Positions 12,301 to 27,900 of a stretch of DNA of 64,000 bases are shown here, in pieces (within the stretch, counting starts at the first letter, position 1; every line of letters begins with the position of its first letter). The translations under genes and the position numbers were made by a program. The DNA comes from Lingula anatina (lineage: Eukaryota; Animalia; Brachiopoda), in the NCBI GenBank assembly GCA_051362555.1, contig JBPQGU010000016.1, forward strand, positions 4,340,001 through 4,404,000. The letters are read 5' to 3'. Below the pieces are notes generated by a model, which was not told where the DNA came from, made no database searches, and saw only the letters and a program-made list of their open reading frames with translations.

Positions 12301-15300
12301 GACCCGTCTCCGATTTTTCCAAAAAGTGACGAAAATCAATCTACCACACCTGTCATTCATAAAAAATGTGGAAACGCGCCCGGGTCACTTCATCAAGGCC
12401 CCCAATTCTAGCTTTAAAGATGATCCAAAAATAAGCTCTGAGAACAGAATCTGAGAGGGGGGGGGGGGAAACAGAGTTTTTGCTCTATTTCTTCCTTAAT
12501 GTTGACACCACCACTCTTCCAGCACTTTATTCTTACTACAAATGACCGAACACACCTACCTGACACTATAATGAAGAAAAAAAATTTTCATCCCTACCTG
12601 GCCAAAATTGAAGAACTCTCACAGTGCTGGCACTGTTCAACATCACTCAAAATCACCAAAAATCGACCCGTCTCCGATTTTTCCAAAAAGTGACGAAAAT
12701 CAATCTACCACACCTGTCATTCATAAAAAATGTGGAAACGCGCCCGGGTCACTTCATCAAGGCCCCCAATTCTAGCTTTAAAGATGATCCAAAAATAAGC
12801 TCTGAGAACAGAATCTGAGAGGGGGGGGGGGGAGACAGAGTTTTTGCCCTATTTCTTCCTTAATGTTGACACCACCACTCTTCCAGCACTTTATTCTTAC
12901 TACAAATGACCGAACACACCTACCTGACACTATAATGAAGAAAAAAAATTTTCATCCCTACCTGGCCAAAATTGAAGAAATCTCACAGTGCCGGCACTAT
13001 TCAAAATCACTCAAAATCACCAAAAATCGACCCGTCTCCGATTTTTCCAAAAAGTGACGAAAATCAATCTACCACACCTGTCATTCATAAAAAATGTGGA
13101 AACGCGCCCGGGTCACTTCATCAAGGCCCCCAATTCTAGCTTTAAAGATGATCCAAAAATAAGCTCTGAGAACAAAATCTGAGAGGGGGGGGGGAGACAG
13201 AGTTTTTGCTCTATTTCTTCCTTAATGTTGACACCACAACTCTTCCAGCACTTTATTCTTACTACAAATGACCGAACACACCTACCTGACACTATAATGA
13301 AGAAAAAAAATTTTCATCCCTACCTGGCCAAAATTGAAGAAATCTCACAGTGCCGGCACTGTTCAAAATCACTCAAAATCACCAAAAATCGACCCGTCTC
13401 CGATTTTTCCAAAAAGTGACGAAAATCAATCTACCACACCTGTCATTCATAAAAAATATGGAAACGCGCGCAGGTCACTTCATCAAGGCCCCCAATTCTA
13501 GCTTTAAAGATGATCCAAAAATAAGCTCTGAGAACAGAATCTGAGAGGGGGGGGGAGACAGAGTTTTTGCTCTATTTCTTCCTTAATGTTGACACCACCA
13601 CTCTTCCAGCACTTTATTCTTACTACAAATGACCGAACACACCTACCTGACACTATAATGAAGAAAAAAAATTTTCATCCCTACCTGGCCAAAATTGAAG
13701 AAATCTCACAGTGCCGGCACTGTTCAAAATCACTCAAAATCACCAAAAATCGACCCGTCTCCGATTTTTCCAAAAAGTGACGAAAATCAATCTACCACAC
13801 CTGTCATTCATAAAAAATGTGGAAACGCGCCCAGGTCACTTCATCAAGGCCCCCAATTCTAGCTTTAAAGATGATCCAAAAATAAGCTCTGAGAACAGAA
13901 TCTGAGAGGGGGGGGGAGACAGAGTTTTTGCTCTATTTCTTCCTTAATGTTGACACCACCACTCTTCCAGCACTTTATTCTTACTACAAATGACCGAACA
14001 CACCTACCTGACACTATAATGAAGAAAAAAAATTTTCATCCCTACCTGGCCAAAATTGAAGAAATCTCACAGTGCCGGCACTGTTCAAAATCACTCAAAA
14101 TCACCAAAAATCGACCCGTCTCCGATTTTTCCAAAAAGTGACGAAAATCAATCTACCACACCTGTCATTCATAAAAAATGTGGAAACGCGCCCGGGTCAC
14201 TTCATCAAGGCCCCCAATTCTAGCTTTAAAGATTATCCAAAAATAAGCTCTGAGAACAGAATCTGAGAGGGGGGGGGGGAGACAGAGTTTTTGCTCTATT
14301 TCTTCCTTAATGTTGACACCACCACTCTTCCAGCACTTTATTCTTACTACAAATGACCGAACACACCTACCTGACGCTATAATGAAGAAAAAAAATTTTC
14401 ATCCCTACCTGGCCAAAATTGAAGAAATCTCACAGTGCCGGCACTGTTCAAAATCACTCAAAATCACCAAAAATCGACCCGTCTCCGATTTTTCCAAAAA
14501 GTGACGAAAATCAATCTACCACACCTGTCATTCATAAAAAATGTGGAAACGCGCCCGGGTCACTTCATCAAGGCCCCCAATTCTAGCTTTAAAGATGATC
14601 CAAAAATAAGCTCTGAGAACAGAATCTGAGAGGGGGGGGGAGACAGAGTTTTTGCTCTATTTCTTCCTTAATGTTGACACCACCACTCTTCCAGCACTTT
14701 ATTCTTACTACAAATGACCGAACACACCTACCTGACACTATAATGAAGAAAAAAAATTTTCATCCCTACCTGGCCAAAATTGAAGAAATCTCACAGTGCC
14801 GGCACTGTTCAAAATCACTCAAAATCACCAAAAATCGACCCGTCTCCGATTTTTCCAAAAAGTGACGAAAATCAATCTACCACACCTGTCATTCATAAAA
14901 AATGTGGAAACGCGCCCGGGTCACTTCATCAAGGCCCCCAATTCTAGCTTTAAAGATGATCCAAAAATAAGCTCTGAGAACAGAATCTGAGAGGGGGGGG
15001 GGGGGAGACAGAGTTTTTGCTCTATTTCTTCCTTAATGTTGACACCACCACTCTTCCAGCACTTTATTCTTACTACAAATGACCGAACACACCTACCTGA
15101 CACTATAATGAAGAAAAAAAATTTTCATCCCTACCTGGCCAAAATTGAAGAAATCTCACAGTGCCGGCACTGTTCAAAATCACTCAAAATCACCAAAAAT
15201 CGACCCGTCTCCGATTTTTCCAAAAAGTGACGAAAATCAATCTACCACACCTGTCATTCATAAAAAATGTGGAAACGCGCCCGGGTCACTTCATCAAGGC

Positions 15301-15893
15301 CCCCAATTCTAGCTTTAAAGATGATCCAAAAATAAGCTCTGAGAACAGAATCTGAGAGGGGGGGGGGAGACAGAGTTTTTGCTCTATTTCTTCCTTAATG
15401 TTGACACCACCACTCTTCCAGCACTTTATTCTTACTACAAATGACCGAACACACCTACCTGACACTATAATGAAGAAAAAAAATTTTCATCCCTACCTGG
15501 CCAAAATTGAAGAAATCTCACAGTGCCGGCACTGTTCAAAATCACTCAAAATCACCAAAAATCGACCCGTCTCCGATTTTTCCAAAAAGTGACGAAAATC
15601 AATCTACCACACCTGTCATTCATAAAAAATGTGGAAACACGCCCGGGTCACTTCATCAAGGCCCCCAATTCTAGCTTTAAAGATGATCCAAAAATAAGCT
15701 CTGAGAACAGAATCTGAGAGGGGGGGGGGGAGACAGAGTTTTTGCTCTATTTCTTCCTTAATGTTGACACCACCACTCTTCCAGCACTTTATTCTTACTA
15801 CAAATGACCGAACACACCTACCTGACACTATAATGAAGAAAAAAAATTTTCATCCCTACCTGGCCAAAATTGAAGAAATCTCACAGTGCCTGT

Positions 15894-15915
15894 GTGTCAG
15901 GTAGGTGTGTTCGGT
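15894..15915 (-). other. 22-bp inverted templated insertion within one satellite monomer
   Basis: GTGTCAGGTAGGTGTGTTCGGT is the reverse complement of ACCGAACACACCTACCTGACAC (15807-15828). The monomer is 378 bp rather than 361 bp. Confidence 0.93.
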
Positions 15916-18900
15916 TCAAAATCACTCAAAATCACCAAAAATCGACCCGTCTCCGATTTTTCCAAAAAGTGACGAAAATCAATCTACCACACCTGTCATT
16001 CATAAAAAATGTGGAAACGCGCCCGGGTCACTTCATCAAGGCCCCCAATTCTAGCTTTAAAGATGATCCAAAAATAAGCTCTGAGAACAGAATCTGAGAG
16101 GGGGGGGGAGACAGAGTTTTTGCTCTATTTCTTCCTTAATGTTGACACCACCACTCTTCCAGCACTTTATTCTTACTACAAATGATCGAACACACCTACC
16201 TGACACTATAATGAAGAAAAAAAATTTTTATCCCTACCTGGCCAAAATTGAAGAAATCTCACAGTGCCGGCACTGTTCAAAATCACTCAAAATCACCAAA
16301 AATCGACCCGTCTCCGATTTTTCCAAAAAGTGACGAAAATCAATCTACCACACCTGTCATTCATAAAAAATGTGGAAACGCGCCCGGGTCACTTAATCAA
16401 GGCCCCCAATTCTAGCTTTAAAGATGATCCAAAAATAAGCTCTGAGAACAGAATCTGAGAGGGGGGGGGAGACAGAGTTTTTGCTCTATTTCTTCCTTAA
16501 TGTTGACACCACCACTCTTCCAGCACTTTATTCTTACTACAAATGACCAAACACACCTACCTGACACTATAATGAAGAAAAAAAATTTTCATCCCTACCT
16601 GGCCAAAATTGAAGAAATCTCACAGTGCCGGCACTGTTCAAAATCACTCAAAATCACCAAAAATCGACCCGTCTCCGATTTTTCCAAAAAGTGACGAAAA
16701 CCAATCTACCACACCTGTCATTCATAAAAAATGTGGAAACGCGCCCGGGTCACTTCATCAAGGCCCCCAATTCTAGCTTTAAAGATGATCCAAAAATAAG
16801 CTCTGAGAACAGAATCTGAGAGGGGGGGGGAGACAGAGTTTTTGCTCTATTTCTTCCTTAATGTTGACACCACCACTCTTCCAGCACTTTATTCTTACTA
16901 CAAATGACCGAACACACCTACCTGACACTATAATGAAGAAAAAAAATTTTCATCCCTACCTGGCCAAAATTGAAGAAATCTCACAGTGCCGGCACTGTTC
17001 AAAATCACTCAAAATCACCAAAAATCGACCCGTCTCCGATTTTTCCAAAAAGTGACGAAAATCAATCTACCACACCTGTCATTCATAAAAAATGTGGAAA
17101 CGCGCCCGGGTCACTTCATCAAGGCCCCCAATTCTAGCTTTAAAGATGATCCAAAAATAAGCTCTGAGAACAGAATCTGAGAGGGGGGGGGGAGACAGAG
17201 TTTTTGCTCTATTTCTTCCTTAATGTTGACACCACCACTCTTCCAGCACTTTATTCTTACTACAAATGACCGAACACACCTACCTGACACTATAATGAAG
17301 AAAAAAAATTTTCATCCCTACCTGGCCAAAATTGAAGAAATCTCACAGTGCCGGCACTGTTCAAAATCACTCAAAATCACCAAAAATCGACCCGTCTCCG
17401 ATTTTTCCAAAAAGTGACGAAAATCAATCTACCACACCTGTCATTCATAAAAAATGTGGAAACGCGCCCGGGTCACTTCATCAAGGCCCCCAATTCTAGC
17501 TTTAAAGATGATCCAAAAATAAGCTCTGAGAACAGAATCTGAGAGGGGGGGGGGAGACAGAGTTTTTGCTCTATTTCTTCCTTAATGTTGACACCACCAC
17601 TCTTCCAGCACTTTATTCTTACTACAAATGACCGAACACACCTACCTGACACTATAATGAAGAAAAAAAATTTTCATCCCTACCTGGCCAAAATTGAAGA
17701 AATCTCACAGTGCCGGCACTGTTCAAAATCACTCAAAATCAACAAAAATCGACCCGTCTCCGATTTTTCCAAAAAGTGACGAAAATCAATCTACCACACC
17801 TGTCATTCATAAAAAATGTGGAAACGCGCCCGGGTCACTTCATCAAGGCCCCCAATTCTAGCTTTAAAGATGATCCAAAAATAAGCTCTGAGAACAGAAT
17901 CTGAGAGGGGGGGGGGGGAGACAGAGTTTTTGCTCTATTTCTTCCTTAATGTTGACACCACCACTCTTCCAGCACTTTATTCTTACTACAAATGACCGAA
18001 CACACCTACCTGACACTATAATGAAGAAAAAAAATTTTCATCCCTACCTGGCCAAAATTGAAGAAATCTCACAGTGCGGGCACTGTTCAAAATCACTCAA
18101 AATCACCAAAAATCGACCCGTCTCCAATTTTTCCAAAAAGTGACGAAAATCAATCTACCACACCTGTCATTCATAAAAAATGTGGAAACGCGCCCGGGTC
18201 ACTTCATCAAGGCCCCCAATTCTAGCTTTAAAGATGATCCAAAAATAAGCTCTGAGAACAGAATCTGAGAGGGGGGGGGGGGAGACAGAGTTTTTGCTCT
18301 ATTTCTCCTTAATGTTGACACCACCACTCTTCCAGCACTTTATTCTTACTACAAATGACCGAACACACCTAACTGACACTATAATGAAGAAAAAAAATTT
18401 TCATCCCTACCTGGCCAAAATTGAAGAAATCTTACAGTGCCCGCACTGTTCAAAATCACTCAAAATCACCAAAAATTGACCCGTCTCCGATTTTTCCAAA
18501 AAGTGACGAAAATCAATCTACCACACCTGTCATTCATAAAAAATGTGGAAACGCGCCCGGGTCACTTCATCAAGGCCCCCAATTCTAGCTTTAAAGATGA
18601 TCCAAAAATAAGCTCTGAGAACAGAATCTGAGAGGGGGGGGGGGGGGAAACAGAGTTTTTGCTCTATTTCTTCCTTAATGTTGACACCACCACTCTTCCA
18701 GCACTTTATTCTTACTACAAATGACCGAACACACCTACCTGACACTATAATGAAGAAAAAAAATTTTCATCCCTACCTGGCCAAAATTGAAGAAATCTCA
18801 CAGTGCCGGCACTGTTCAAAATCACTCAAAATCAACAAAAATCGACCCGTCTCCGATTTTTCCAAAAAGTGACGAAAATCAATCTACCACACCTGTCATT

Positions 18901-21900
18901 CATAAAAAATGTGGAAACGCGCCCGGGTCACTTCATCAAGGCCCCCAATTCTAGCTTTAAAGATGATCCAAAAATAAGCTCTGAGAACAGAATCTGAGAG
19001 GGTGGGGGAGACAGAGTTTTTGCTCTATTTCTTCCTTAATGTTGACACCACCACTCTTCCAGCACTTTATTCTTACTACAAATGACCGAACACACCTACC
19101 TGACACTATAATGAAGAAAAAAAATTTTCATCCCTACCTGGCCAAAATTGAAGAAATCTCACAGTGCCGGCACTGTTCAAAATCACTCAAAATCACCAAA
19201 AATCGACCCGTCTCCGATTTTTCCAAAAAGTGACGAAAATCAATCTACCACACCTGTCATTCATAAAAAATGTGGAAACGCGCCCGGGTCACTTCATCAA
19301 GGCCCCCAATTCTAGCTTTAAAGATGATCCAAAAATAAGCTCTGAGAACAGAATCTGAGAGGGGGGGGGGAGACAGAGTTTTTGCTCTATTTCTTCCTTA
19401 ATGTTGACACCACCACTCTTCCAGCACTTTATTCTTACTACAAATGACCGAACACACCTACCTGACACTATAATGAAGAAAAAAAATTTTCATCCCTACC
19501 TGGCCAAAATTGAAGAAATCTCACAGTGCCGGCACTGTTCAAAATCACTCAAAATCAACAAAAATCGACCCGTCTCCGATTTTTCCAAAAAGTGACGAAA
19601 ATCAATCTACCACACCTGTCATTCATAAAAAATGTGGAAACGCGCCCGGGTCACTTCATCAAGGCCCCCAATTCTAGCTTTAAAGATGATCCAAATATAA
19701 GCTCTGAGAACAGAATCTGAGAGGGGGGGGGGGAGACAGAGTTTTTGCTCTATTTCTTCCTTAATGTTGACACCACCACTCTTCCAGCACTTTATTCTTA
19801 CTACAAATGACCGAACACACCTACCTGACACTATAATGAAGAAAAAAAATTTTCATCCCTACCTGGCCAAAATTGAAGAAATCTCACAGTGCCGGCACTG
19901 TTCAAAATCACTCAAAATCACCAAAAATCGACCCGTCTCCGATTTTTCCAAAAAGTGACGAAAATCAATCTACCACACCTGTCATTCATAAAAAATGTGG
20001 AAACGCGCCCGGGTCACTTCATCAAGGCCCCCAATTCTAGCTTTAAAGATGATCCAAAAATAAGCTCTGAGAACAGAATCTGAGAGGGGGGGGGGGGGGA
20101 GACAGAGTTTTTGCTCTATTTCTTCCTTAATGTTGACACCACCACTCTTCCAGCACTTTATTCTTACTACAAATGACCGAACACACCTACCTGACACTAT
20201 AATGAAGAAAAAAAATTTTCATCCCTACCTGGCCAAAATTGAAGAAATCTCACAGTGCCGGCACTGTTCAAAATCACTCAAAATCACCAAAAATCGACCT
20301 GTCTCCGATTTTTCCAAAAAGTGACGAAAATCAATCTACCACACCTGTCATTCATAAAAAATGTGGAAACGCGCCCGGGTCACTTCATCAAGGCCCCCAA
20401 TTCTAGCTTTAAAGATGATCCAAAAATAAGCTCTGAGAACAGAATCTGAGAGGGGGGGGGAGACAGAGTTTTTGCTCTATTTCTTCCTTAATGTTGACAC
20501 CACCACTCTTCCAGCACTTTATTCTTACTACAAATGACCGAACACACCTACCTGACACTATAATGAAGAAAAAAAATTTTCATCCCTACCTGGCCAAAAT
20601 TGAAGCAATCTCACAGTGCCGGCACTGTTCAAAATCACTCAAAATCAACAAAAATCGACCCGTCTCCGATTTTTCCAAAAAGTGACGAAAATCAATCTAC
20701 CACACCTGTCATTCATAAAAAATGTGGAAACGCGCCCGGGTCACTTCATCAAGGCCCCCAATTCTAGCTTTAAAGATGATCCAAAAATAAGCTCTGAGAA
20801 CAGAATCTGAGAGGGGGGGGGAGACAGAGTTTTTGCTCTATTTCTTCCTTAATGTTGACACCACCACTCTTCCAGCACTTTATTCTTACTACAAATGACC
20901 GAACACACCTACCTGACACTATAATGAAGAAAAAAAATTTTCATCCCTACCTGGCCAAAATTGAAGAAATCTCACAGTGCCGGCACTGTTCAAAATCACT
21001 CAAAATCACCAAAAATCGACCCGTCTCCGATTTTTCCAAAAAGTGACGAAAATCAATCTACCACACCTGTCATTCATAAAAAATGTGGAAACGCGCCCGG
21101 GTCACTTCATCAAGGCCCCCAATTCTAGCTTTAAAGATGATCCAAAAATAAGCTCTGAGAACAGAATCTGAGAGGGGGGGGGAGACAGATTTTTTGCTCT
21201 ATTTCTTCCTTAATGTTGACACCACCACTCTTCCAGCACTTTATTCTTACTACAAATGACCGAACACACCTACCTGACACTATAATGAAGAAAAAAAATT
21301 TTCATCCCTACCTGGCCAAAATTGAAGAAATCTCACAGTGCCGGCACTGTTCAAAATCACTCAAAATCACCAAAAATCGACCCGTCTCCGATTTTTCCAA
21401 AAAGTGACGAAAATCAATCTACCACACCTGTCATTCATAAAAAATGTGGAAACGCGCCCGGGTCACTTCATCAAGGCCCCCAATTCTAGCTTTAAAGATG
21501 ATCCAAAAATAAGCTCTGAGAACAGAATCTGAGAGGGGGGGGGGAGACAGAGTTTTTGCTCTATTTCTTCCTTAATGTTGACACCACCACTCTTCCAGCA
21601 CTTTATTCTTACTACAAATGACCGAACACACCTACCTGACACTATAATGAAGAAAAAAAATTTTCATCCCTACCTGGCCAAAATTGAAGAAATCTCACAG
21701 TGCCGGCACTGTTCAAAATCACTCAAAATCACCAAAAATCGACCCGTCTCCGATTTTTCCAAAAAGTGACGAAAATCAATCTACCACACCTGTCATTCAT
21801 AAAAAATGTGGAAACGCGCCCGGGTCACTTCATCAAGGCCCCCAATTCTAGCTTTAAAGATGATCCAAAAATAAGCTCTGAGAACAGAATCTGAGAGGGG

Positions 21901-24900
21901 GGGGGGGAGACAGAGTTTTTGCTCTATTTCTTCCTTAATGTTGACACCACCACTCTTCCAGCACTTTATTCTTACTACAAATGACCGAACACACCTACCT
22001 GACACTATAATGAAGAAAAAAAATTTTCATCCCTACCTGGCCAAAATTGAAGAAATCTCACAGTGCCGGCACTGTTCAAAATCACTCAAAATCACCAAAA
22101 ATCGACCCGTCTCCGATTTTTCCAAAAAGTGACGAAAATCAATCTACCACACCTGTCATTCATAAAAAATGTGGAAACGCGCCCGGGTCACTTCATCAAG
22201 GCCCCCAATTCTAGCTTTAAAGATGATCCAAAAATAAGCTCTGAGAACAGAATCTGAGAGGGGGGGGAGACAGAGTTTTTGCTCTATTTCTTCCTTAATG
22301 TTGACACCACCACTCTTCCAGCACTTTATTCTTACTACAAATGACCGAACACACCTACCTGACACTATAATGAAGAAAAAAAATTTTCATCCCTACCTGG
22401 CCAAAATTGAAGAAATCTCACAGTGCCGGCACTGTTCAAAATCACTCAAAATCACCAAAAATCGACCCGTCTCCGATTTTTCCAAAAAGTGACGAAAATC
22501 AATCTACCACACCTGTCATTCATAAAAAATGTGGAAACGCGCCCGGGTCACTTCATCAAGGCCCCCAATTCTAGCTTTAAAGATGATCCAAAAATAAGCT
22601 CTGAGAACAGAATCTGAGAGGGGGGGGGGGAGACAGAGTTTTTGCTCTATTTCTTCCTTAATGTTGACCCCACCACTCTTCCAGCACTTTATTCTTACTA
22701 CAAATGACCGAACACACCTACCTGACACTATAATGAAGAAAAAAAATTTTCATCCCTACCTGGCCAAAATTGAAGAAATCTCACAGTGCCGGCACTGTTC
22801 AAAATCACTCAAAATCACCAAAAATCGACCCGTCTCCGATTTTTCCAAAAAGTGACGAAAATCAATCTACCACACCTGTCATTCATAAAAAATGTGGAAA
22901 CGCGCCCGGGTCACTTCATCAAGGCCCCCAATTCTAGCTTTAAAGATGATCCAAAAATAAGCTCTGAGAACAGAATCTGAGAGGGGGGGGGGAGACAGAG
23001 TTTTTGCTCTATTTCTTCCTTAATGTTGACACCACCACTCTTCCAGCACTTTATTCTTACTACAAATGACCGAACACACCTACCTGACACTATAATGAAG
23101 AAAAAAAATTTTCATCCCTACCTGGCCAAAATTGAAGAAATCTCACAGTGCCGGCACTGTTCAAAATCACTCAAAATCACCAAAAATCGACCCGTCTCCG
23201 ATTTTTCCAAAAAGTGACGAAAATCAATCTACCACACCTGTCATTCATAAAAAATGTGGAAACGCGCCCGGGTCACTTCATCAAGGCCCCCAATTCTAGC
23301 TTTAAAGATGATCCAAAAATAAGCTCTGAGAACAGAATCTGAGAGGGGGGGGGAGACAGAGTTTTTGCTCTATTTCTCCTTAATGTTGACACCACCACTC
23401 TTCCAGCACTTTATTCTTACTACAAATGACCGAACACACCTACCTGACACTATAATGAAGAAAAAAAATTTTCATCCCTACCTGGCCAAATTTGAAGAAA
23501 TCTCACAGTGCCGGCACTGTTCAAAATCACTCAAAATCACCAAAAATCGACCCGTCTCCGATTTTTCCAAAAAGTGACGAAAATCAATCTACCACACCTG
23601 TCATTCATAAAAAATGTGGAAACGCGCCCGGGTCACTTCATCAAGGCCCCCAATTCTAGCTTTAAAGATGATCCAAAAATAAGCTCTGAGAACAGAATCT
23701 GAGAGGGGGGGGGAGACAGAGTTTTTGCTCTATTTCTTCCTTAATGTTGACACCACCACTCTTCCAGCACTTTATTCTTACTACAAATGACCGAACACAC
23801 CTACCTGACACTATAATGAAGAAAAAAAATTTTCATCCCTACCTGGCCAAAATTGAAGAAATCTCACAGTGCCGGCACTGTTCAAAATCACTCAAAATCA
23901 ACAAAAATCGACCCGTCTCCGATTTTTCCAAAAAGTGACGAAAATCAATCTACCACACCTGTCATTCATAAAAAATGTGGAAACGTGCCCGGGTCACTTC
24001 ATCAAGGCCCCCAATTCTAGCTTTAAAGATGATCCAAAAATAAGCTCTGAGAACAGAATCTGAGAGGGGGGGGGGGGAGACAGAGTTTTTGCTCTATTTC
24101 TTCCTTAATGTTGACACCACCACTCTTCCAGCACTTTATTCTTACTACAAATGACCGAACACACCTAACTGACACTATAATGAAGAAAAAAAATTTTCAT
24201 CCCTACCTGGCCAAAATTGAAGAAATCTTACAGTGCCCGCACTGTTCAAAATCACTCAAAATCACCAAAAATTGACCCGTCTCCGATTTTTCCAAAAAGT
24301 GACGAAAATCAATCTACCACACCTGTCATTCATAAAAAATGTGGAAACGCGCCCGGGTCACTTCATCAAGGCCCCCAATTCTAGCTTTAAAGATGATCCA
24401 AAAATAAGCTCTGAGAACAGAATCTGAGAGGGGGGGGGGGAGACAGAGTTTTTGCTCTATTTCTTCCTTAATGTTGACACCACCACTCTTCCAGCACTTT
24501 ATTCTTACTACAAATGACCGAACACACCTACCTGACACTATAATGAAGAAAAAAAATTTTCATCCCTACCTGGCCAAAATTGAAGAAATCTCACAGTACC
24601 GGCACTGTTCAAAATCACTCAAAATCACCAAAAATTGACCCGTCTCCGATTTTTCCAAAAAGTGACGAAAATCAATCTACCACACCTGTCATTCATAAAA
24701 AATGTGGAAACGCGCCCTGGTCACTTCATCAAGGCCCCCAATTCTAGCTTTAAAGATGATCCAAAAATAAGCTCTGAGAACAGAATCTGAGAGGGGGGGA
24801 GACAGAGTTTTTGCTCTATTTCTTCCTTAATGTTGACACCACCACTCTTCCAGCACTTTATTCTTACTATAAATGACCGAACACACCTACCTGACACTAT

Positions 24901-27900
24901 AATGAAGAAAAAAAATTTTCATCCCTACCTGGCCAAAACTGAAGAAATCTCAAAGTGCCGGCACTGTTCAAAATCACTCAAAATCACCAAAAATCGACCC
25001 GTCTCCGATTTTTCCAAAAAGTGACGAAAATCAATCTACCACACCTGTCATTCATAAAAAATGTGGAAACGCGCCCGGGTCACTTCATCAAGGCCCCCAA
25101 TTCTAGCTTTAAAGATGATCCAAAAATAAGCTCTGAGAACAGAATCTGAGGGGGGGGGGGGGGGAGACAGAGTTTTTGCTCTATTTCATCCTTAATGTTG
25201 ACACCACCACTCTTCCAGCACTTTATTCTTACTACAAATGACCGAACACACCTACCTGACACTATAATGAAGAAAAAAAAATTTCATCCCTACCTGGCCA
25301 AAATTGAAGAAATCTCACAGTGCCGGCACTGTTCAAAATCACTCAAAATCACCAAAAATCGACCCGTCTCCGATTTTTCCAAAAAATGACGAAAATCAAT
25401 CTACCACACCTGTCATTCATAAAAAATGTGGAAACGCGCCCGGGTCACTTCATCAAGGCCCCCAATTCTAGCTTTAAAGATGATCCAAAAATAAGCTCTG
25501 AGAACAGAATCTGAGAGGGTGGGGTAGACAGAGTTTTTGCTCTATTTCTTCCTTAATGTTGACACCACCACTCTTCCAGCACTTTATTCTTACTACAAAT
25601 GACCGAACACACCTACCTGACACTATAATGAAGAAAAAAAATTTTCATCCCTAGCTGACCAAAATTGAAGAAATCTCACAGTGCCGGCACTGTTCAAAAT
25701 CACTCAAAATCACCAAAAATTGACCCGTCTCCGATTTTTCCAAAAAGTGACGAAAATCAATCTACCACACCTGTCATTCATAAAAAATGTGGAAACGCGC
25801 CCGGGTCACTTCATCAAGGCCCCCAATTCTAGCTTTAAAGATGATCCAAAAATAAGCTCTGAGAACAGAATCTGAGAGGGGGGGGAGACAGAGTTTTTGC
25901 TCTATTTCTTCCTTAATGTTGACACCACCACTCTTCCAGCACTTTATTCTTACTTCAAATGACCGAACACACCTACCTGACACTATAATGAAGAAAAAAA
26001 TTTTCATCCCTACCTGACCAAAATTGAAGAAATCTCACAGTGCCGGCACTGTTCAAAATCACCAAAAATCGACCCGTCTCCGATTTTTCCAAAAAGTGAC
26101 GAAAATCAATCTACCACACCTGTCATTCATAAAAAATGTGGAAACGCGCCCGGGTCACTTCATCAAGGCCCCCAATTCTAGCTTTAAAGATGATCCAAAA
26201 ATAAGCTCTGAGAACAGAATCTGAGAGGGGGGGGTGAGACAGAGTTTTTGCTCTATTTCTTCCTTAATGTTGACACCACCACTCTTCCAGCACTTTATTC
26301 TTACTACAAATGACTGAACACACCTACCTGACACTATAATGAAGAAAAAAAATTTTCATCCCTACCTGGCCAAAATTGAAGAAATCTCACAGTGCCGGCA
26401 CTGTTCAAAATCACTCAAAATCACCAAAAATCGACCCGTCTCCGATTTTTCCAAAAAGTGACGAAAATCAATCTACCACACCTGTCATTCATAAAAAATG
26501 TGGAAACGCGCCCGGGTCACTTCATCAAGGCCCCCAATTCTAGCTTTAAAGATGATCCAAAAATAAGCTCTGAGAACAGAATCTGAGAGGGGGGGGGGAG
26601 ACAGAGTTTTTGCTCTATTTCTTCCTTAATGTTGACACCACCACTCTTCCAGCACTTTATTCTTACTACAAATGACCGAACACACCTACCTGACACTATA
26701 ATGAAGAAAAAAAATTTTCATCCCTACCTGGCCAAAATTGAAGAAATCTCACAGTGCCGGCACTGTTTAAAATCACTCAAAATCACCAAAAATCGACCTG
26801 TCTCTGATTTTTCCAAAAAGTGACGAAAATCAATCTACCACACCTGTCATTCATAAAAAATGTGGAAACGCGCCCGGGTCACTTCATCAAGGCCCCCAAT
26901 TCTAGCTTTAAAGATGATCCAAAAATAAGCTCTGAGAACAGAATCTGAGAGGGGGGGGGAGACAGAGTTTTTGCTCTATTTCTTCCTTAATGTTGACACC
27001 ACCACTCTTCCAGCACTTTATTCTTACTACAAATGACCGAACACACCTACCTGACACTATAATGAAGAAAAAAATTTTCATCCCTACCTGGCCAAAATTG
27101 AAGAAATCTCACAGTGCCGGCACTGTTCAAAATCACTCAAAATCACCAAAAATCGACCCGTCTCCGATTTTTCCAAAAAGTGACGAAAATCAATCTACCA
27201 CACCTGTCATTCATAAAAAATGTGGAAACGCGCCCGGGTCACTTCATCAAGGCCCCCAATTCTAGCTTTAAAGATGATCCAAAAATAAGCTCTGAGAACA
27301 GAATCTGAGAGGGGGGGGAGACAGAGTTTTTGCTCTATTTCTTCCTTAATGTTGACACCACCACTCTTCCAGCACTTTATTCTTACTACAAATGACCGAA
27401 CACACCTACCTGACACTATAATGAAGAAAAAAAATTTTCATCCCTACCTGGCCAAAATGAAGAAATCTCACAGTGCCGGCACTGTTCAAAATCACTCAAA
27501 ATCACCAAAAATCGACCCGTCTCCGATTTTTCCAAAAAGTGACGAAAATCAATCTACCACACCTGTCATTCATAAAAAATGTGGAAACGCGCCCGGGTCA
27601 CTTCATCAAGGCCCCCAATTCTAGCTTTATAGATGATCCAAAAATAAGCTCTGAGAACAGAATCTGAGAGGGGGGGGGGAGACAGAGTTTTTGCTCTATT
27701 TCTTCCTTAATGTTGACACCACCACTCTTCCAGCACTTTATTCTTACTACAAATGACTGAACACACCTACCTGACACTATAATGAAGAAAAAAAATTTTC
27801 ATCCCTACCTGACCAAAATTGAAGAAATCTCACAGTGCCGGCACTGTTCAAAATCACTCAAAATCACCAAAAATTGACCCGTCTCCGATTTTTCCAAAAA

